Positions 28,401 through 41,123 of a stretch of 64,000 nucleotides of DNA are shown in pieces. Numbering within the stretch: the stretch's first letter is position 1; every line of letters begins with the position of its first letter. The position numbers and the translations under genes were made by a program. The notes under the pieces were generated by a model. It was not told where the DNA came from and ran no database searches. It was given only the letters and a program-made list of their open reading frames with translations. Source of the stretch: Paraspadella gotoi (lineage: Eukaryota; Animalia; Chaetognatha); contig CM119267.1 in the NCBI GenBank assembly GCA_051294375.1, forward strand, positions 9,915,458 to 9,979,457, in the 5' to 3' direction.

Positions 28401-30593
28401 CACACTGTTAAATTTGAATTACAACTAATTTCTACCTAAATACATGCAAGAAACTGTAATATTTAATTACCCCGTGTCCGTTTTAATATCTAATAAAGAT
28501 AATGTATGAGTAAATCATTAGTTAGAAAACTATTGGACGTTTTTTGTGTATAAGTTTCATTTCATGTTACTAGGGTAGTGCGGGGTAATTCGGAACACTG
28601 ATATATAAAAAAAAAATTTTTGGGTGCATTAAATATTTCAACAACTTGACTTTCCATTATTAAAGTCACAGCATTCCAGTGCTGCAGCAGCTGCAGCAGC
28701 AATTTCAAAGCTGTCAAAACAGTCATATTTGGCGTAATATGATCAATTGATCATGGAATATTAATATATGATAGACGAGACTACTAAGTTTTAGTTATTG
28801 AAAAGATTATTTCGAAAAAATAATTCAATTATTTTTTACATAGCTGCAATTAAATTGGGGTAAAACTTAGTAATAATTTACTAAGTATTGATAACGGTTA
28901 GCAACATTTGTTAAATAATTAGGTGAAAAAAATTATTATACTATTAATATTAGAGTAACAAATTCATTTTTTAGCAATAGTTTGGAATGGAATGTAACGC
29001 CTAAATATTTTGTTAAAAAATTAGTTTGAGACAAAATTAAGATGAAATTAATATAAATTAATATAAATATAAGAAAGGAAATAAAAATAAAAAAATTTAA
29101 AAAGATAAAAAGGAAAAAAATACAAAATTAATTGAAAAGAAAGTGGTGACGATATTCAGGAATGAAAAGGAAAAAACTTGTCAAAATACTATAAATCAAA
29201 AAATATATACAAATTTTGTATCTATTCAACCTATTCAATAATTTTTCAAAAGTGAGAACATAGTATTAAAAATTAAAAATTATTTTACACACTTAAGAAT
29301 GTAAGATTTAAAATTTTTTATACATAAAACAACAATGAGAGGCTCTATGCTCCAAATAATAGTGTTTTAGTTATTATTTTTTATAATATTATAAAGAATT
29401 TAGTAAAGTAATCTTGCAATTTTCATAAGTAAATATTAAATTAATATTATGAAATTGGGATATATTAAACGTCCAGTACTTAGCTACATGATGGGGAAAA
29501 AAATTTTTAAAATATTTATCCAATGAAAAAAGGTTAGCATTTTTTGGTGCTTCTCGCGAACAGACACGGGGTAACATTTTGTAAAAATAGGGAACGACGA
29601 CTACTACTGGGACTTCAAACTGGAGTGATACGAAAATACTTTATTAAACTCGTATTTCTTTCAGTGTATAAAATTTTTATAACATTTATTAGTTAGAAAA
29701 CAACGTTTAACAGTATAATCACAGTGGCTCTCAAGCGCGGAGTCACTTTTCTTCATTTTTTTCTTCGAAATTTGAACAGTTAATTTTTAATGCTGATTGT
29801 GAAGTTATCCGATATAAAAATAAAAATTTTTGGTGATAAAATGTCAGTTTGGTGATTTGTTATTATAAAACAAAAATAAAGTAAAAATTTTTATTTTTAA
29901 TATATTTTAAAGGGAAAACGTGATGATTATAATTAAGTATTATTCATAATATAAAAAAATTGTATTCTTGTTTGCGATACTTTTACTACAGTAACTTAAT
30001 AATCAAAAAAATGAAACGTGAACAAAAATTTTATCGTTCTAATAGCAACTGAAGGATTAATAGTAATGTCCTCTTTCAAATTACAAATTTTGCTTCAGAA
30101 ATTTACTATTTCAGGAAAATCTTTATAAACTAACTCTCAAAATATCCTTGCTAGAATTTTGCGAATTGGTAGAAAACAAAAGTCAAGTATTTTTCTAATA
30201 GCATTACAAAAAATTATAACCCAATCGCTCTTCGATTTTATTATATGACAAGTTTTTTCGTATCACTCCAGATTGATTAGCGATTGATTGAAGGCCCTGT
30301 ATGGGCCAAAAATAAAGGTAAGAAAAATAATGTACCTTGAGATGTTTCATGACTTCTCTTGCCGAAGATTCAATTCGTTCAAAAAGGTAAACTTCCTTGC
30401 GTAGAACTTCGGACTGTGAATAAACTACGGAAACGATGCTTGTTGTTTCTTTGTCCATCAGCAAAACCTACAGAACCAATTCATCAATAATACACTTTAA
30501 AAGGTTCTAAGGTGGCGAATATACCTTCATTCCAGGCCCGCTGTCTTCGATCATTTTACCAATGTAAAGCCGAAGTGCTTTAATAAGATCCAT
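25456..30593 (-). CDS. VPS45: Vacuolar protein sorting-associated protein 45 (SM family), 5 exons
   Basis: [77 protein letters not shown] and VGGTTYEE. Confidence 0.96.
28571..29600. mobile_element. MITE copy of the same family as 4648-7971 (right end uncertain)
   Basis: TAGGGTAGTGCGGGGTAATTCGGAACACTG end plus internal blocks shared with 6780-6990. Confidence 0.55.
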
Positions 30594-31072
30594 GGTAATA
30601 TTGCTTTAGTTTTTAATTTATTAAACATGCGTATCTGGTTAATAAATTTGATAACGATAATTTCATAATAAAACTAGAACGAAAAATTCAATCGGAATGT
30701 TAAAAAAATAGAAAATTTGATCGTTCCTTCTTTAATTTTAGTTAAAGGCACTAAATGGCAAGTTTTTAAAACGAAAAAATTACGGCTTTTGGAGGATTTG
30801 AACCTCCACGTAAAATATCACCGAATTCCCAAGAAAAAAAAAAGATCTATTACGTCAAAATATTGACAAATCGACATCGACCATCTCACACAATTTTTCC
30901 TTAGTATCTAAATCCTCGTATTTTATTTGAAAATAAAAAGTTATGTGCATTGAAAGATCTTTGAGTATTACGTATTGATGATTATATGAACCACCTAAAA
31001 TCACCTAAATAATGGAAGTTTAAACCGAGTAGTATTGACCAAAGACCAACTAAATTTGAAAAAACTCAAGGC

Positions 31073-32637
31073 TTATGTTGCGCACTCCTTGAAGCAGGCC
31101 AAAACGTCGTCCACATCATCGGGAGATCCCAGATATATGGGCACGCGCTGATGGATAGCCTCTGGAACGATATCGAGAATAGGCTGGTAGCCCGTAGTGG
31201 CTTTCCCACCTGCCTGCTCGATGATAAAAGACATTGGGTTGCATTCGTAGAGAAGACGCAGTTTGCCCTTAGGAGACTCGGTCGTCGCCGGGTAGGAAAA
31301 TATTCCACCATAGACTAGGGTGCGATGCACGTCGGCCACCATGGAGCCGATGTAGCGGGCGCCATAAGGTTTTCCAGACTCGGGATACTTCTTGGAATGA
31401 ATGTATTTGCGCGTGGCCTCATTCCAAAACTTGTCATATCCATCGTTGATGGAGTAAATCTTGCCACGGGGTTTGATTCGGATGTTAGGCTCCGTCAAGA
31501 TGAACTCACCGATAGAAGGATCAAGCTGGAAACCGTTAACGCCATTGCCCGTCGAGAGGACGACCATGGTCGCACTGCCATAGAGGGCGTAGCCAGCGGC
31601 GACGATGTTACGGCCAGGCTGAAGCGCGTCGCTGACGTCAGCGTTAGGGGGCGTCGTCGTTCGCTTGTAGATGGCAAAGATCGAGCCGATGGAAACCAAG
31701 CAATCAATGTTCGAAGAGCCGTCGAGAGGATCGAAACAGACCACATACTTGCCTGAAAAATGATTTCGAAAAAAAAGTAGGGTAAACCTGTAAAAAAAAT
31801 CTTAAAAGTATAGTGATCTCGCCAGACGTTACTATAAAGAAAATTAATAAAAATATTTTTAAAAAAATTGATTAATGCGATAATAAATTATTAATAATTG
31901 ATTGATATAATAATAATTGATTGATTGATATAATAATAATTGATTGATTTATGAAATGATAATTAATTACTGATGCGATGATAACCAAATATTGATGCGA
32001 CGATAACCAAATGATTGATACAATGATAATCATTCATTGATGCGATGATAATCATTCATTGATGCGATGATATAATCATTTCATTGATGCGATGGATAAT
32101 CATTTATTGATGCGATGATAATCATTCATTGATGCGATGATAGTAATTCATCATAAATAAAACATGCGTGTATGAGTGAGAGTAAGAGATAATACGATGG
32201 TAAAGAAGTGTGACGACTACGGTCAGAAAAAAGCAGAACCGATCCTTAATCCGCCCAAGTCGGGCTTTAGCCCGTCTGGCGAGATAAAAAGGCAGCGGCG
32301 AACCTTGATCCTTCCCCTCGATCAGCACGGCGTCTTTATTTTCTTCCGTGACCAAGACACAGGTGGTCAAGGAGCTTCGGAGCATGTTTATGAAGAGGTC
32401 GTTAGCGATTTGGTCGAGCTTCTTCACTTCTTCCCCTTGTACGTTGGTGGTGTTTGCCAAGCCGTAAAGATTGGCCAGGCCGGCTTTGCGCACGGCCGCC
32501 GAGACGGCCTTGATGGCCGTCAGCATGGCGTTAAGCAATTGCGTCAACTCACCGGTCGCCCCTGGGTGCTTTTGCTGCTCGTTGATGACGAACCGCGTCA
32601 GCGTCATGCAGTCCGAATTTATTATTCCCATCGACAT
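31073..32637 (-). CDS. FBP1: Fructose-1,6-bisphosphatase class I (2 exons)
   Basis: [54 protein letters not shown] and [11 protein letters not shown]. Confidence 0.96.
31791..32290 (-). mobile_element. HINE/DINE-1-like element, family B, in the FBP1 intron
   Basis: Subterminal inverted repeats ATCTCGCCAGACG (~31816) and CGTCTGGCGAGAT (~32273), adjacent GGGCTTTAGCCC hairpin and central tandem repeats (TTGATGCGATGATAATCATTCA). Confidence 0.7.
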
Positions 32638-32705
32638 TTTATCTCCACGAAAAAAATATCGATGGTAAAATCTAAAAGTTTAAAAAAGCGGATTCATTTA
32701 TTAAA

Positions 32706-33467
32706 TAAAAAATCTTAAAAGTAAGAGTGATCTCGCCAAATGAGATATTCAAGTCAATTACTTAAAAAATCTTAACAGCATAATGAGAGAGAGAGCGAGC
32801 GGGATATGGAGCGAAGGAGGGGAAGATGGAGGGAGTGGGATGGAGTGAGGGAGATGGAGAAAGAGAGAGGTGGGGAAAGAGAAAAAGAAAGAGAAGTAAC
32901 AAGCGTTTAAAAACTAAAATGTATTAGGATGTTGCCAAGTGCCGTTCGATTTCATTGTTAAATGACGATTCCATTGTTGGATGACGATTCTATTATTGTG
33001 ACACTAAGGCGTAGAGAAAGGTAGGGAATGAAATTGAGAGACATAAATAAAAAAAAATTGTTTTGTAAATAAAATATAAACAAAACGAGTATGAACTCCA
33101 AAATAACATTCGTGAATGACCTTAATGTTATTGTCTGTACTGAATCAACCATTTCGAATTCGAAATGAAACGCATATATTAAAATTTTTAGCTTTATCCC
33201 TTAACGGATTTTTATAAAAATTAATTGTTATTCGTAATTAATCTATTTAAAGAGAGAGATAGAGACATATCCGTATTAAAAAAAATTGGTTTTGTAAAAA
33301 TGTAATTTTGAAAGATCTTGATTCTTGATGATGAAAAGCCATATCTAAATTTTTAACTTCCTACAATTACACATTTGATGATATACAATAGTAAAAAAGC
33401 GTGACGACGACGACGACGACGTCACTAAGAAGTCCTTGAAAACTCGGCCCGTGTGGCGAGATAAAAA
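32706..33467 (-). mobile_element. HINE-like family B copy between the ABHD gene and FBP1
   Basis: Same ends (AAATCTTAAAAGTA..GTGATCTCGCCA and TGGCGAGATAAAAA), a GAC microsatellite and an internal GA-rich tract. Confidence 0.6.
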
Positions 33468-33522
33468 CAAAATAAATAAGTAACGAACTTTGGAATGTAT
33501 AAGACTTTGGAACAAAAGAAAA

Positions 33523-34723
33523 TCAAGAGTCTAATCTATTCAAAAACAAGTTAAAAGCCCTAATGAACGGGCTTTCTTCCCATTGGTTGTCGTTGTGGCC
33601 TAGATGATTTCCTTTTACGAAAACACTGCAGCGTTTGTTTTTGTTCTTCGAATATTCAAAAAATATATTTCTTTGACGCTGGAAGTAAACGACGGTGTCT
33701 TCTGTGGCGGCGTATTGAAAAAGGCAACCCCTAAAGCGAGGCATAAGATCGACAGCGTTAAATTCTTTCCGGTAATGCAAACCCGATGCCCATCCGCTCA
33801 TCGGGCAACAGTCGTTCAACAATAGTTCCAAAGAATCGAGCGCGTTGAGAAGAATCAAAGCCCGAGAGTTGACTAGATCGGCAAGTGCCATGGAGACCGC
33901 TCCGCCCAACGAACGTCCGGCGAGGACGACGTCCCGTCGGTCGACACCGACGTCGGCAGCGACGACGCCGAGAACGGTTTCGGCAGCAGCCATGACAGAG
34001 TCGTGATTCGGCGACCCCGTGCTGAGCATGTACCCGGGATAGTCCCAGGCGTAGACGCGAAGGCCATAACTCGCCAGGGTTTCGTAAACGAAGGGCTCTC
34101 GGGGAGTGTAGCCAGCGTTTGGATTGCTGTACATTACGCTTTAATGAAAAAAAAATATTTACTTACTAATTGAATTAAAAATAATCGAGACAGTCTTACT
34201 TGAGATGGCTATCGTAGAAGGGGCCCGACTGGTTGGCGGGAAAAACCCTAATCGAAATGTTGTTGCCCGATCCTGTCGTCGCGAAAAGATTAATGGCTCC
34301 TGGCACGTAACGACACCAGGCCTGATTATCGCAAGGCTCTGGGATGTAGAGCAGCTGCGGCATCAGGAAAGGGACCGAGGCGATCATGACCAAAATCATA
34401 AGGAAGTAAGCAATGATGACAGCCCCGCCAATGAGAACTATCTTTTTCGTGCGAGCCGACGTATGCGATTTGACGGTGACCCGCGATTCGGGTCGGATAG
34501 ACTCGGGGTCGGGGCTCTCGTCGGTCGCTTTCTCCTCGGTGCAAGTGGGAGAGTAGAGAGCGGCCCGAGTGCGGCAACAACGGCACCGGCAGCGGCACCA
34601 GATCAGGCAAAGGCACAAGCAGAAAAAAAGGAAGACGAAAATCCAAAGGGAAGATTCCACAATCACGCAGATCCGGAAAAGCGGATCAACCGCCACCCAA
34701 TCGACCAATGTATTCGTAGACAT
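33523..34723 (-). CDS. Membrane-anchored alpha/beta hydrolase (ABHD12/13/17-like), 2 exons
   Basis: Two hydrophobic helices, a Cys cluster, WDYPGY..STG, nucleophile elbow GRSLGG, Asp in EDTVV and His in GHND. Intron ~34200-34139 restores the frame. Confidence 0.8.
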
Positions 34724-36045
34724 TGCTTTTTGTTTCGTATTCACGCGGTCACTCCCGTCATTTTTATTTTCGATTGGTCCTGTCTTGCCTGCAGGCTTGA
34801 TAGAAAAGACACTTTCATTTATAGAGCGCAATTTAAACTGGTAAAAATCGGCCTAGCCTAAAGAGGTATGTCTTACGACGGAAGTTATCACAAATGGATT
34901 ACAATATACGGCTTTTCCTCTCTTAGACAAAAAAAGTAAATCTTGTGTGACTAGGTAGCAAGCAAATTTTTAAATTAGTGGCTTCGTTCTAGGTGAGAAC
35001 GAACTTTTTTAAACTATCAAAATACGAAATCTCATGGTTCACAGAGTTTGGCAACTGAGACGAAAAAAAAATATTTACCGAAAATTTACTAAACTCAAAT
35101 GACTGAAACAACGTAAATAATTAAATATAAAAAATGACGACAGCAAAGCTAAAAAAACCCAGCGCCTAAAATTTAAAAAAAGCTAAATGACATTTTAACA
35201 AAACCAATTCAGTTTACGCTTCAGTCATGACAATGAGAAAATCCCTTCAGTTCATGAACTGGAATTATGTGCTTCAAAAATTTAAACAAGGAATTTTAGA
35301 CACTTATGGTGCCGTTAGACGCTATTCTAAACAGATGAAATCAAACACGCCTTAAAATCAGAAACAAACCAAAGCAAAACAGGAAAAGGATTTTTTTAAA
35401 AAATTAATGTTAGACGAAAAAACGGTACGGTAACTATTTTTTCTTGTTCTTGGATAACAATAGAGATCCGAATTAGCATTGACCTCAACAATATTGGGAG
35501 CTAAGTCTACAAAGAATCTGTAAAAACAGTAATCGGGTTCATTTTTTGTTTTGTTTTTGTATTTGTTTCAGCAGGAAAACCGTAGAAACATAGCCATAAG
35601 GACACTGGGAGTAACAACAATAATAATCTTAGCTTGTACAATTGTGACAAAGGAAAACATAAGGATATTTCGCATAATTCGCCTTAAAAACCCTTGAAAT
35701 TTACGTCTAAAATCCTGCTTAAGGCTTAGAGACTTACTAAGACACCATTCCAGAAAAAAATTAACCAAGATTTTAAAACTTGTACCACACACGTAATGCC
35801 ACATTTACGAACAATATCCAACTTTGCACAAACATTTGCCAAGTGCCGACTTATATTTAAGAAATATTTGTCCGCACAATTTGTCATGAATTTTTTAATT
35901 AGAGAAAAAAAATAGAAATCTTTCCATATGATGTTAATGAAATATTAAATGGGCCAAAATATGCAAAACGTAAAATAAAATGAAGCTTTTTTTCAAAACA
36001 AAAAAAAAAAACCAAAAAAAAAAACCAAAAAACAAAAGTGACGTT

Positions 36046-38529
36046 TTACTGTTTGGGCGGTTTAAACCTGGCACATGCTTTCTTCCATTGGCACTGAGTG
36101 CACCAGAGGTTTTTCTGGTTCAGTCCATACACTCTGCGGCACTTCTTGGTCTTGGGACCCTGGTGGCCCCCGTTCAAATCGGACCCGATACCCGCGCTGA
36201 GGCTCGCGTGCATCACCGCCATTCCTTCCTTGGCGGTGGCGCCGTTGATTTCGCTGTAAGTGGGAGAGACCGGACAAGACTTGGAGCCGCCGATGCCCGG
36301 CAGCATTTCCATCCCGAATTTACGCTTTTGCCCGACCTTGAGCGGCTCCAAGCCGACTCCCTTTATTTTCTTTTCCATCTTGCCAAAAAGATTTGGGTGT
36401 TCCCCGATCAACGTTGTCATCCCGACCCCTGGGGCTCCGGTTTTCTTCCACTTGGCTCCATCGGGGACTGTATTCTGCCGTTTGAAGAGATTAGCGACGA
36501 ATTCGTGCCCAACGACAGTGCTGCTGCCTCCAAAGGTGTTGCCACTCAAAAAATTTTGCGCCAAAGACAGACTAGGACCGCTTCGAGCGTTGTAAAGGGT
36601 CGAAGACGACAGCCCTTTGCCCAGCTGCGACGCATTGTCGTTGGCCGACAGGAGGGGTGTTATGTTGGATACTAACAGAGACGCCAAGGTGCTTCCCGGC
36701 TCTGGCTTCTTCTCGTGGCCGTGCCCGGGGGACGTCGTCGTCATAAGAAGTTGATCCAGGGACGACGTGGACGAAGCTGGTGACGCCGGCATCGAGGCAC
36801 CGACGTAAAATTCGCCGGCGTCGGCGGTCGACGGGCATCCAGAGCTGGTGCCGTTTTGGTCGTCAGACACGCTTCCGCCGCTACTGTACGGCGGGGAATC
36901 GATGAGCGCCGCTTGTCCCGCGGCCCCGCCGCTTTGAATCATGGAGATGTGGTCGCGATGTTCTTCGAGATGATCTCGAAGGGCAGATTGATTCTGAAAG
37001 GCTACTCCGCATATGATACAGTCGTTGTCCAATGGCTCGGGAATGATGTCATCTAGGTCCGACTTAGCGAAACTTTCGAGGAAAGAAGCTCGGTCACAGG
37101 GAACCGGCGAGGATGGAACGCTCATGGCTGAGCGGTTGAACTTGTCGCCACGGGATTTCGAATCGAGGGAAGAAGAGACGGCGTCCTCCTTGGAAACGAT
37201 TTCGCCTGACTTGGCCATGATCGGCGTTGGCTTGCTCTGTTTGGCTTGGATAATTTTGTTCTTGATGACAGATCGAAGAGAATTTGCTGATGAATATTTC
37301 ATTGCCTCCCCGTTGCTTGATTTGGCGACGCTAAAAGAATCCGGAAAAACCTTTTCTAGAGCCATGTTGGCCGCGGGATTTCTCCACTGATGCCTCCGCG
37401 GTCCCAAAGGAGAGTGGTTAAAATCGGTCGCTAGCTTTAAAGGATTAGCGGAGGTATAATCGCCCGTGAGTGAACGAGGAGAAGACGAAAATCCGTCACG
37501 CGGGTGTTGCTGCGGTGACGGTTTGAGAAGCTCATCGATCGGAGAGGCAAGGAGTTTATGGACCAGGCCGTGGCTGGAATGATCGTTGTGGTGGGAAACG
37601 GCCGGCGATAGGCGCTTTGGCGAAGTTTTCGAAGGATGAAACTGGCCTTTGCTCGTGGGAGCGGAAGCGGTGGGAGGATTAGCGGCGCCGGCAATGGGCG
37701 CAACATTGGAAGGCGTGATGTCGAGATTACAAATCAGATTCTTGTGCAGACCCGAAGCTGACAGGAGGTCGCCCAGAGGAATGGTTCGCCCTTCCATCTC
37801 CACGATCGACTCGGGCAACAACTGGAGAGCGCCGGTCCTCTGATCTTTGGCAATCAGGGGTTTATGCAGCATGATTTTATGATTGGCTTCTGGAACGAGA
37901 GTTCGCGACGCCACGGGAATCGCGGCATGATCGGTCGAGTCCTGATCCAGAGGCGAAAATTCCTGAATCATCTCCAGCTTTAACTTAGGCGCGTATTGAC
38001 TGGGATCGTCGTCGTAAATGGCGGAAACGACAACGGTCGGCCGCAACTGGAGGTTCGAGACCGAAACCGAGGACGACGACGCTGGCGCTCCAGAGACGGG
38101 AGATTGCAAGCCTTCGAGGATTTGCCGAATGGCGTGGTCGTGCGTGTCGACGATGTTTTTGTTGGGTGGCGCCTGCTCCAGAGGAGTAAAACATTCATCC
38201 TTGAAGCTTAGCTTACTAACGGCGGGCGATTTAGCGAGCGAAGCCGCGCTCCACGACGGCGGCTGATGAAGCGAATTAATATTATTAGCGGTGATAACCG
38301 GCGTCGCGGGCGGAGATAAAAGGGAGGACAGAGGGAAAGGCTCATTGGCGGCGGCGTCTGGCTCCGTTTTGATCTCGGTCGAAATGAAATCGTCGCCTCC
38401 GCGAGAGGTCGCCGACGCCGCCGCCCGTTCAAACTCGAAAGGACTCAGGTCGAAGAGGTCGGAATCCAGGTCAAGCTTGATGGAATCCAAATCGCAAAAT
38501 ATTTCGTTCTCAGAGAGGAGATTCTCCAT
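36046..38529 (-). CDS. C2H2 zinc finger + C-clamp transcription factor (ZNF704/ZNF395/SLC2A4RG-like)
   Basis: CIICG..F...SALRDHLEEH finger and C-terminal KKCRRVYGLNQKNLWCTQCQWKKACARF C-clamp. No HMG box. Confidence 0.8.
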   Translation of the reverse strand: MENLLSENEIFCDLDSIKLDLDSDLFDLSPFEFERAAASATSRGGDDFISTEIKTEPDAAANEPFPLSSLLSPPATPVITANNINSLHQPPSWSAASLAKSPAVSKLSFKDECFTPLEQAPPNKNIVDTHDHAIRQILEGLQSPVSGAPASSSSVSVSNLQLRPTVVVSAIYDDDPSQYAPKLKLEMIQEFSPLDQDSTDHAAIPVASRTLVPEANHKIMLHKPLIAKDQRTGALQLLPESIVEMEGRTIPLGDLLSASGLHKNLICNLDITPSNVAPIAGAANPPTASAPTSKGQFHPSKTSPKRLSPAVSHHNDHSSHGLVHKLLASPIDELLKPSPQQHPRDGFSSSPRSLTGDYTSANPLKLATDFNHSPLGPRRHQWRNPAANMALEKVFPDSFSVAKSSNGEAMKYSSANSLRSVIKNKIIQAKQSKPTPIMAKSGEIVSKEDAVSSSLDSKSRGDKFNRSAMSVPSSPVPCDRASFLESFAKSDLDDIIPEPLDNDCIICGVAFQNQSALRDHLEEHRDHISMIQSGGAAGQAALIDSPPYSSGGSVSDDQNGTSSGCPSTADAGEFYVGASMPASPASSTSSLDQLLMTTTSPGHGHEKKPEPGSTLASLLVSNITPLLSANDNASQLGKGLSSSTLYNARSGPSLSLAQNFLSGNTFGGSSTVVGHEFVANLFKRQNTVPDGAKWKKTGAPGVGMTTLIGEHPNLFGKMEKKIKGVGLEPLKVGQKRKFGMEMLPGIGGSKSCPVSPTYSEINGATAKEGMAVMHASLSAGIGSDLNGGHQGPKTKKCRRVYGLNQKNLWCTQCQWKKACARFKPPKQ

Positions 38530-39314
38530 TTTTTTATGTACAGAAGCGGGTGCGACACAAGAGGGAAATAATAGGTACAAGGGGATGAAGTGTTAGTACA
38601 ATTGGTTTATGCTAATACGAGGAACGAACAAACTGACATGACCCCCGGAGAGAGAGAGAGAGAGATTGCGTAGCCGAAATAAGTTTTCTTTTTCAAAAAG
38701 GGCTGCTGCACGTATAATGCCCACGCCCCAAAAACTAAAAATTTTGACGTGTTTCTTCTTAAATCCTTAACACGAAGTATCCTAGTGGAAAGAATTTTTG
38801 TAAAAAAAATCTTAACTTAATCATAAAAAAATACTCACTTGCAATCTTTATTTAACCCTAACAACGTTTTCAACCGCGGCGAATCACCAAACCAGATTTT
38901 TTCGGGCCGTTAATTTCGTGCGAAATTATCCCGACACAACTTCCGCCTCCAAATATAAGAGGGATAAATTTCCCCTTTTGCTTGGATTCTGAATGTCCAA
39001 CACTGGAACGTTCAGAGGCTCCACGGCCGAGCGGAGTGTCCGGTTTACGGCGAATTACGTTTAGTTAAAAACTCTAAAGAAAAAAATATTGACAAGTCAC
39101 ACAATAAGCAAAAAGGGGAAATATTTTCCAGAGATTCACGGGACAACTATCGTGTAATAAAAAAAAAATTAGAAAAGATTATGGATAACAAAAATTGGAC
39201 AGAATAAGATTAAGAATCACTGTCGAAGCAGACTGCTGAGCCATCGTAAAATGCAGAGTATTAATATTTAAATAAATAAGTTTACCGAGCAAAGCAAATT
39301 TCGGACTGACATAT

Positions 39315-40886
39315 TTATTCGGAAAAGAGAAACTCTTCCGAATAAAAACTTTCGACCGGGATCAAGACGTGGGTCGTGGCGCCCAACTTTCCCGTCCGCT
39401 TGTTGCGCAAATGTTCATTGTAGTGTTTCTGCACCTCTTTTCGGGCAATGCCCCTGAAAGAGGTGGCGTTTTTCCTCAACCGAGGGTCGAGAATGGCGTT
39501 AAAGTTTCCTTCGTTTTGAAACTTGGGGAACGTATCCATAAACCGGTCAAAATTTTCGCCAAGAAACCGATTCACATTGTCACCTTTTTCCTCGTCGAAA
39601 GGGCACTCGAAGGCGACAGCGCGGGAAAACTGACGCATGACGGCCGAAAAAAGTTTGTACGTGAGGGAATCCCTATTGGCGAATAGTTGGAGCGGCCCCA
39701 TCTTCCGCAAAATGCCAATCAGGTTCATCCACTCATCCACAGAGCTGAAGTGAAGCCTATTCGAAGTCCAAGGGTCCAGGGCCAAAGATTCTGGGTCCTG
39801 GGAGGAGTTTCGAATTATGGGGTGGTCCGGATCGCCGACCCCGCGGAGGTAAGTAAGAAGAGACTCCAGAGAGTCTAGGCTCTGCGATTTTAGTTCCGTT
39901 CGAACGGACTCTATGTTGAAGGGCATATGAGGCGGGGCGGAGGCGGGGGAGACTGGAGTTTTGACTAGGCGCGGAGTGATCGGTCGTAACCGGGATTCGA
40001 CGGCCCCGACCGTCGATCGATCCACTTTGACGGACTCGACTTTGACGGCGTCGATCTTCGTAGAAGGCATACGAATTACAATGTCCGTCTTTCTGTCAGA
40101 TCCTTCGTACCGGTCCTTAATGACGTACACTGTTTGACCGTTCATCCCGTCGTGACCGTTAATAGCGTTGAGCTGTTCTTCGTCTAGCGAATTCAACGCA
40201 GCCGTAAGCGCGGTTGGTTCTTTCTCTTCCTCCTCGGGAAGGAAGGGTGAATTGGGGCAGTCGTCGAAGGCAGACTCCAAGGTGCGCGGCTTGCTCGATG
40301 AGTCGTCCAGTTTCATAGATTTATTTTTTCCAAGGGACATTCCGGATCGAGCGGACGTTCTCTTCCGATCGGATGTAGAAGAATGCGTCACCGCGACGCC
40401 AAACGAATCCGACGAGAAGAGGGTCACGTTTGGCTTTGGTAGCAGCTTGGGCAGAGCGGGAAGTTTAGGCTGCATCGAAAGGAGCTCCTCGGCCGAAAAG
40501 AGACGAGGCTCGGGTTTCCTAGTCGCGGAAGAATCGTCCCCAATGTCATTTTCTCGTAGTAGTTTCGTATCTTCCGCCTCGACGAACATTTGGCAGTCGG
40601 GAACGTCGTCGAACACTCCGTTTTTCTCGACGAGAGCGGAGATGCCGGGATCGACTTCGATCTCAACTTCATCGCCGCCGGGAGCAAGAGTTCCGCTCAA
40701 ATAAGCGTCTCGCAGAGACTTCCGCCCGGCCCACTTGCGGCCTCGGGGTCCGTCAACAACAACGAAGATGTTGGCGTCGATCATGGCCGACTGTTTGAGG
40801 AGGGCCTCGAGCAAAACGGCCATTGTCGTCTCTTCCATCGTTTGGATATGGCTCATTAGACCGTGGAGACTCGCGGCAGAGGCCAT
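39315..40886 (-). CDS. Hypothetical ~523-aa protein (no family recognised)
   Basis: Long intronless ORF with exon-like composition. Folded-looking N- and C-terminal parts flank a low-complexity linker. Confidence 0.75.
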   Translation of the reverse strand: MASAASLHGLMSHIQTMEETTMAVLLEALLKQSAMIDANIFVVVDGPRGRKWAGRKSLRDAYLSGTLAPGGDEVEIEVDPGISALVEKNGVFDDVPDCQMFVEAEDTKLLRENDIGDDSSATRKPEPRLFSAEELLSMQPKLPALPKLLPKPNVTLFSSDSFGVAVTHSSTSDRKRTSARSGMSLGKNKSMKLDDSSSKPRTLESAFDDCPNSPFLPEEEEKEPTALTAALNSLDEEQLNAINGHDGMNGQTVYVIKDRYEGSDRKTDIVIRMPSTKIDAVKVESVKVDRSTVGAVESRLRPITPRLVKTPVSPASAPPHMPFNIESVRTELKSQSLDSLESLLTYLRGVGDPDHPIIRNSSQDPESLALDPWTSNRLHFSSVDEWMNLIGILRKMGPLQLFANRDSLTYKLFSAVMRQFSRAVAFECPFDEEKGDNVNRFLGENFDRFMDTFPKFQNEGNFNAILDPRLRKNATSFRGIARKEVQKHYNEHLRNKRTGKLGATTHVLIPVESFYSEEFLFSE

Positions 40887-41123
40887 CGCGAGTCTCAAAT
40901 CGACTGCTCTTCAATCGAAAAGCTCCAAACTTTATATAAAATAATAGCAATCATAACAAGAAGTAGAATTTTGACTAGATTCACAAGAACCAACAAAGCG
41001 GAATAATCAAGATGAACAGCTCAAACTTTGGAGAAGCGCTGTTTAAAAGCAAAAAAAACAAAACAAAAAAACATATCACAGAGAAAGTATTAAAAAGTTG
41101 TTTTTATAAAGCTCAATCCGCAT

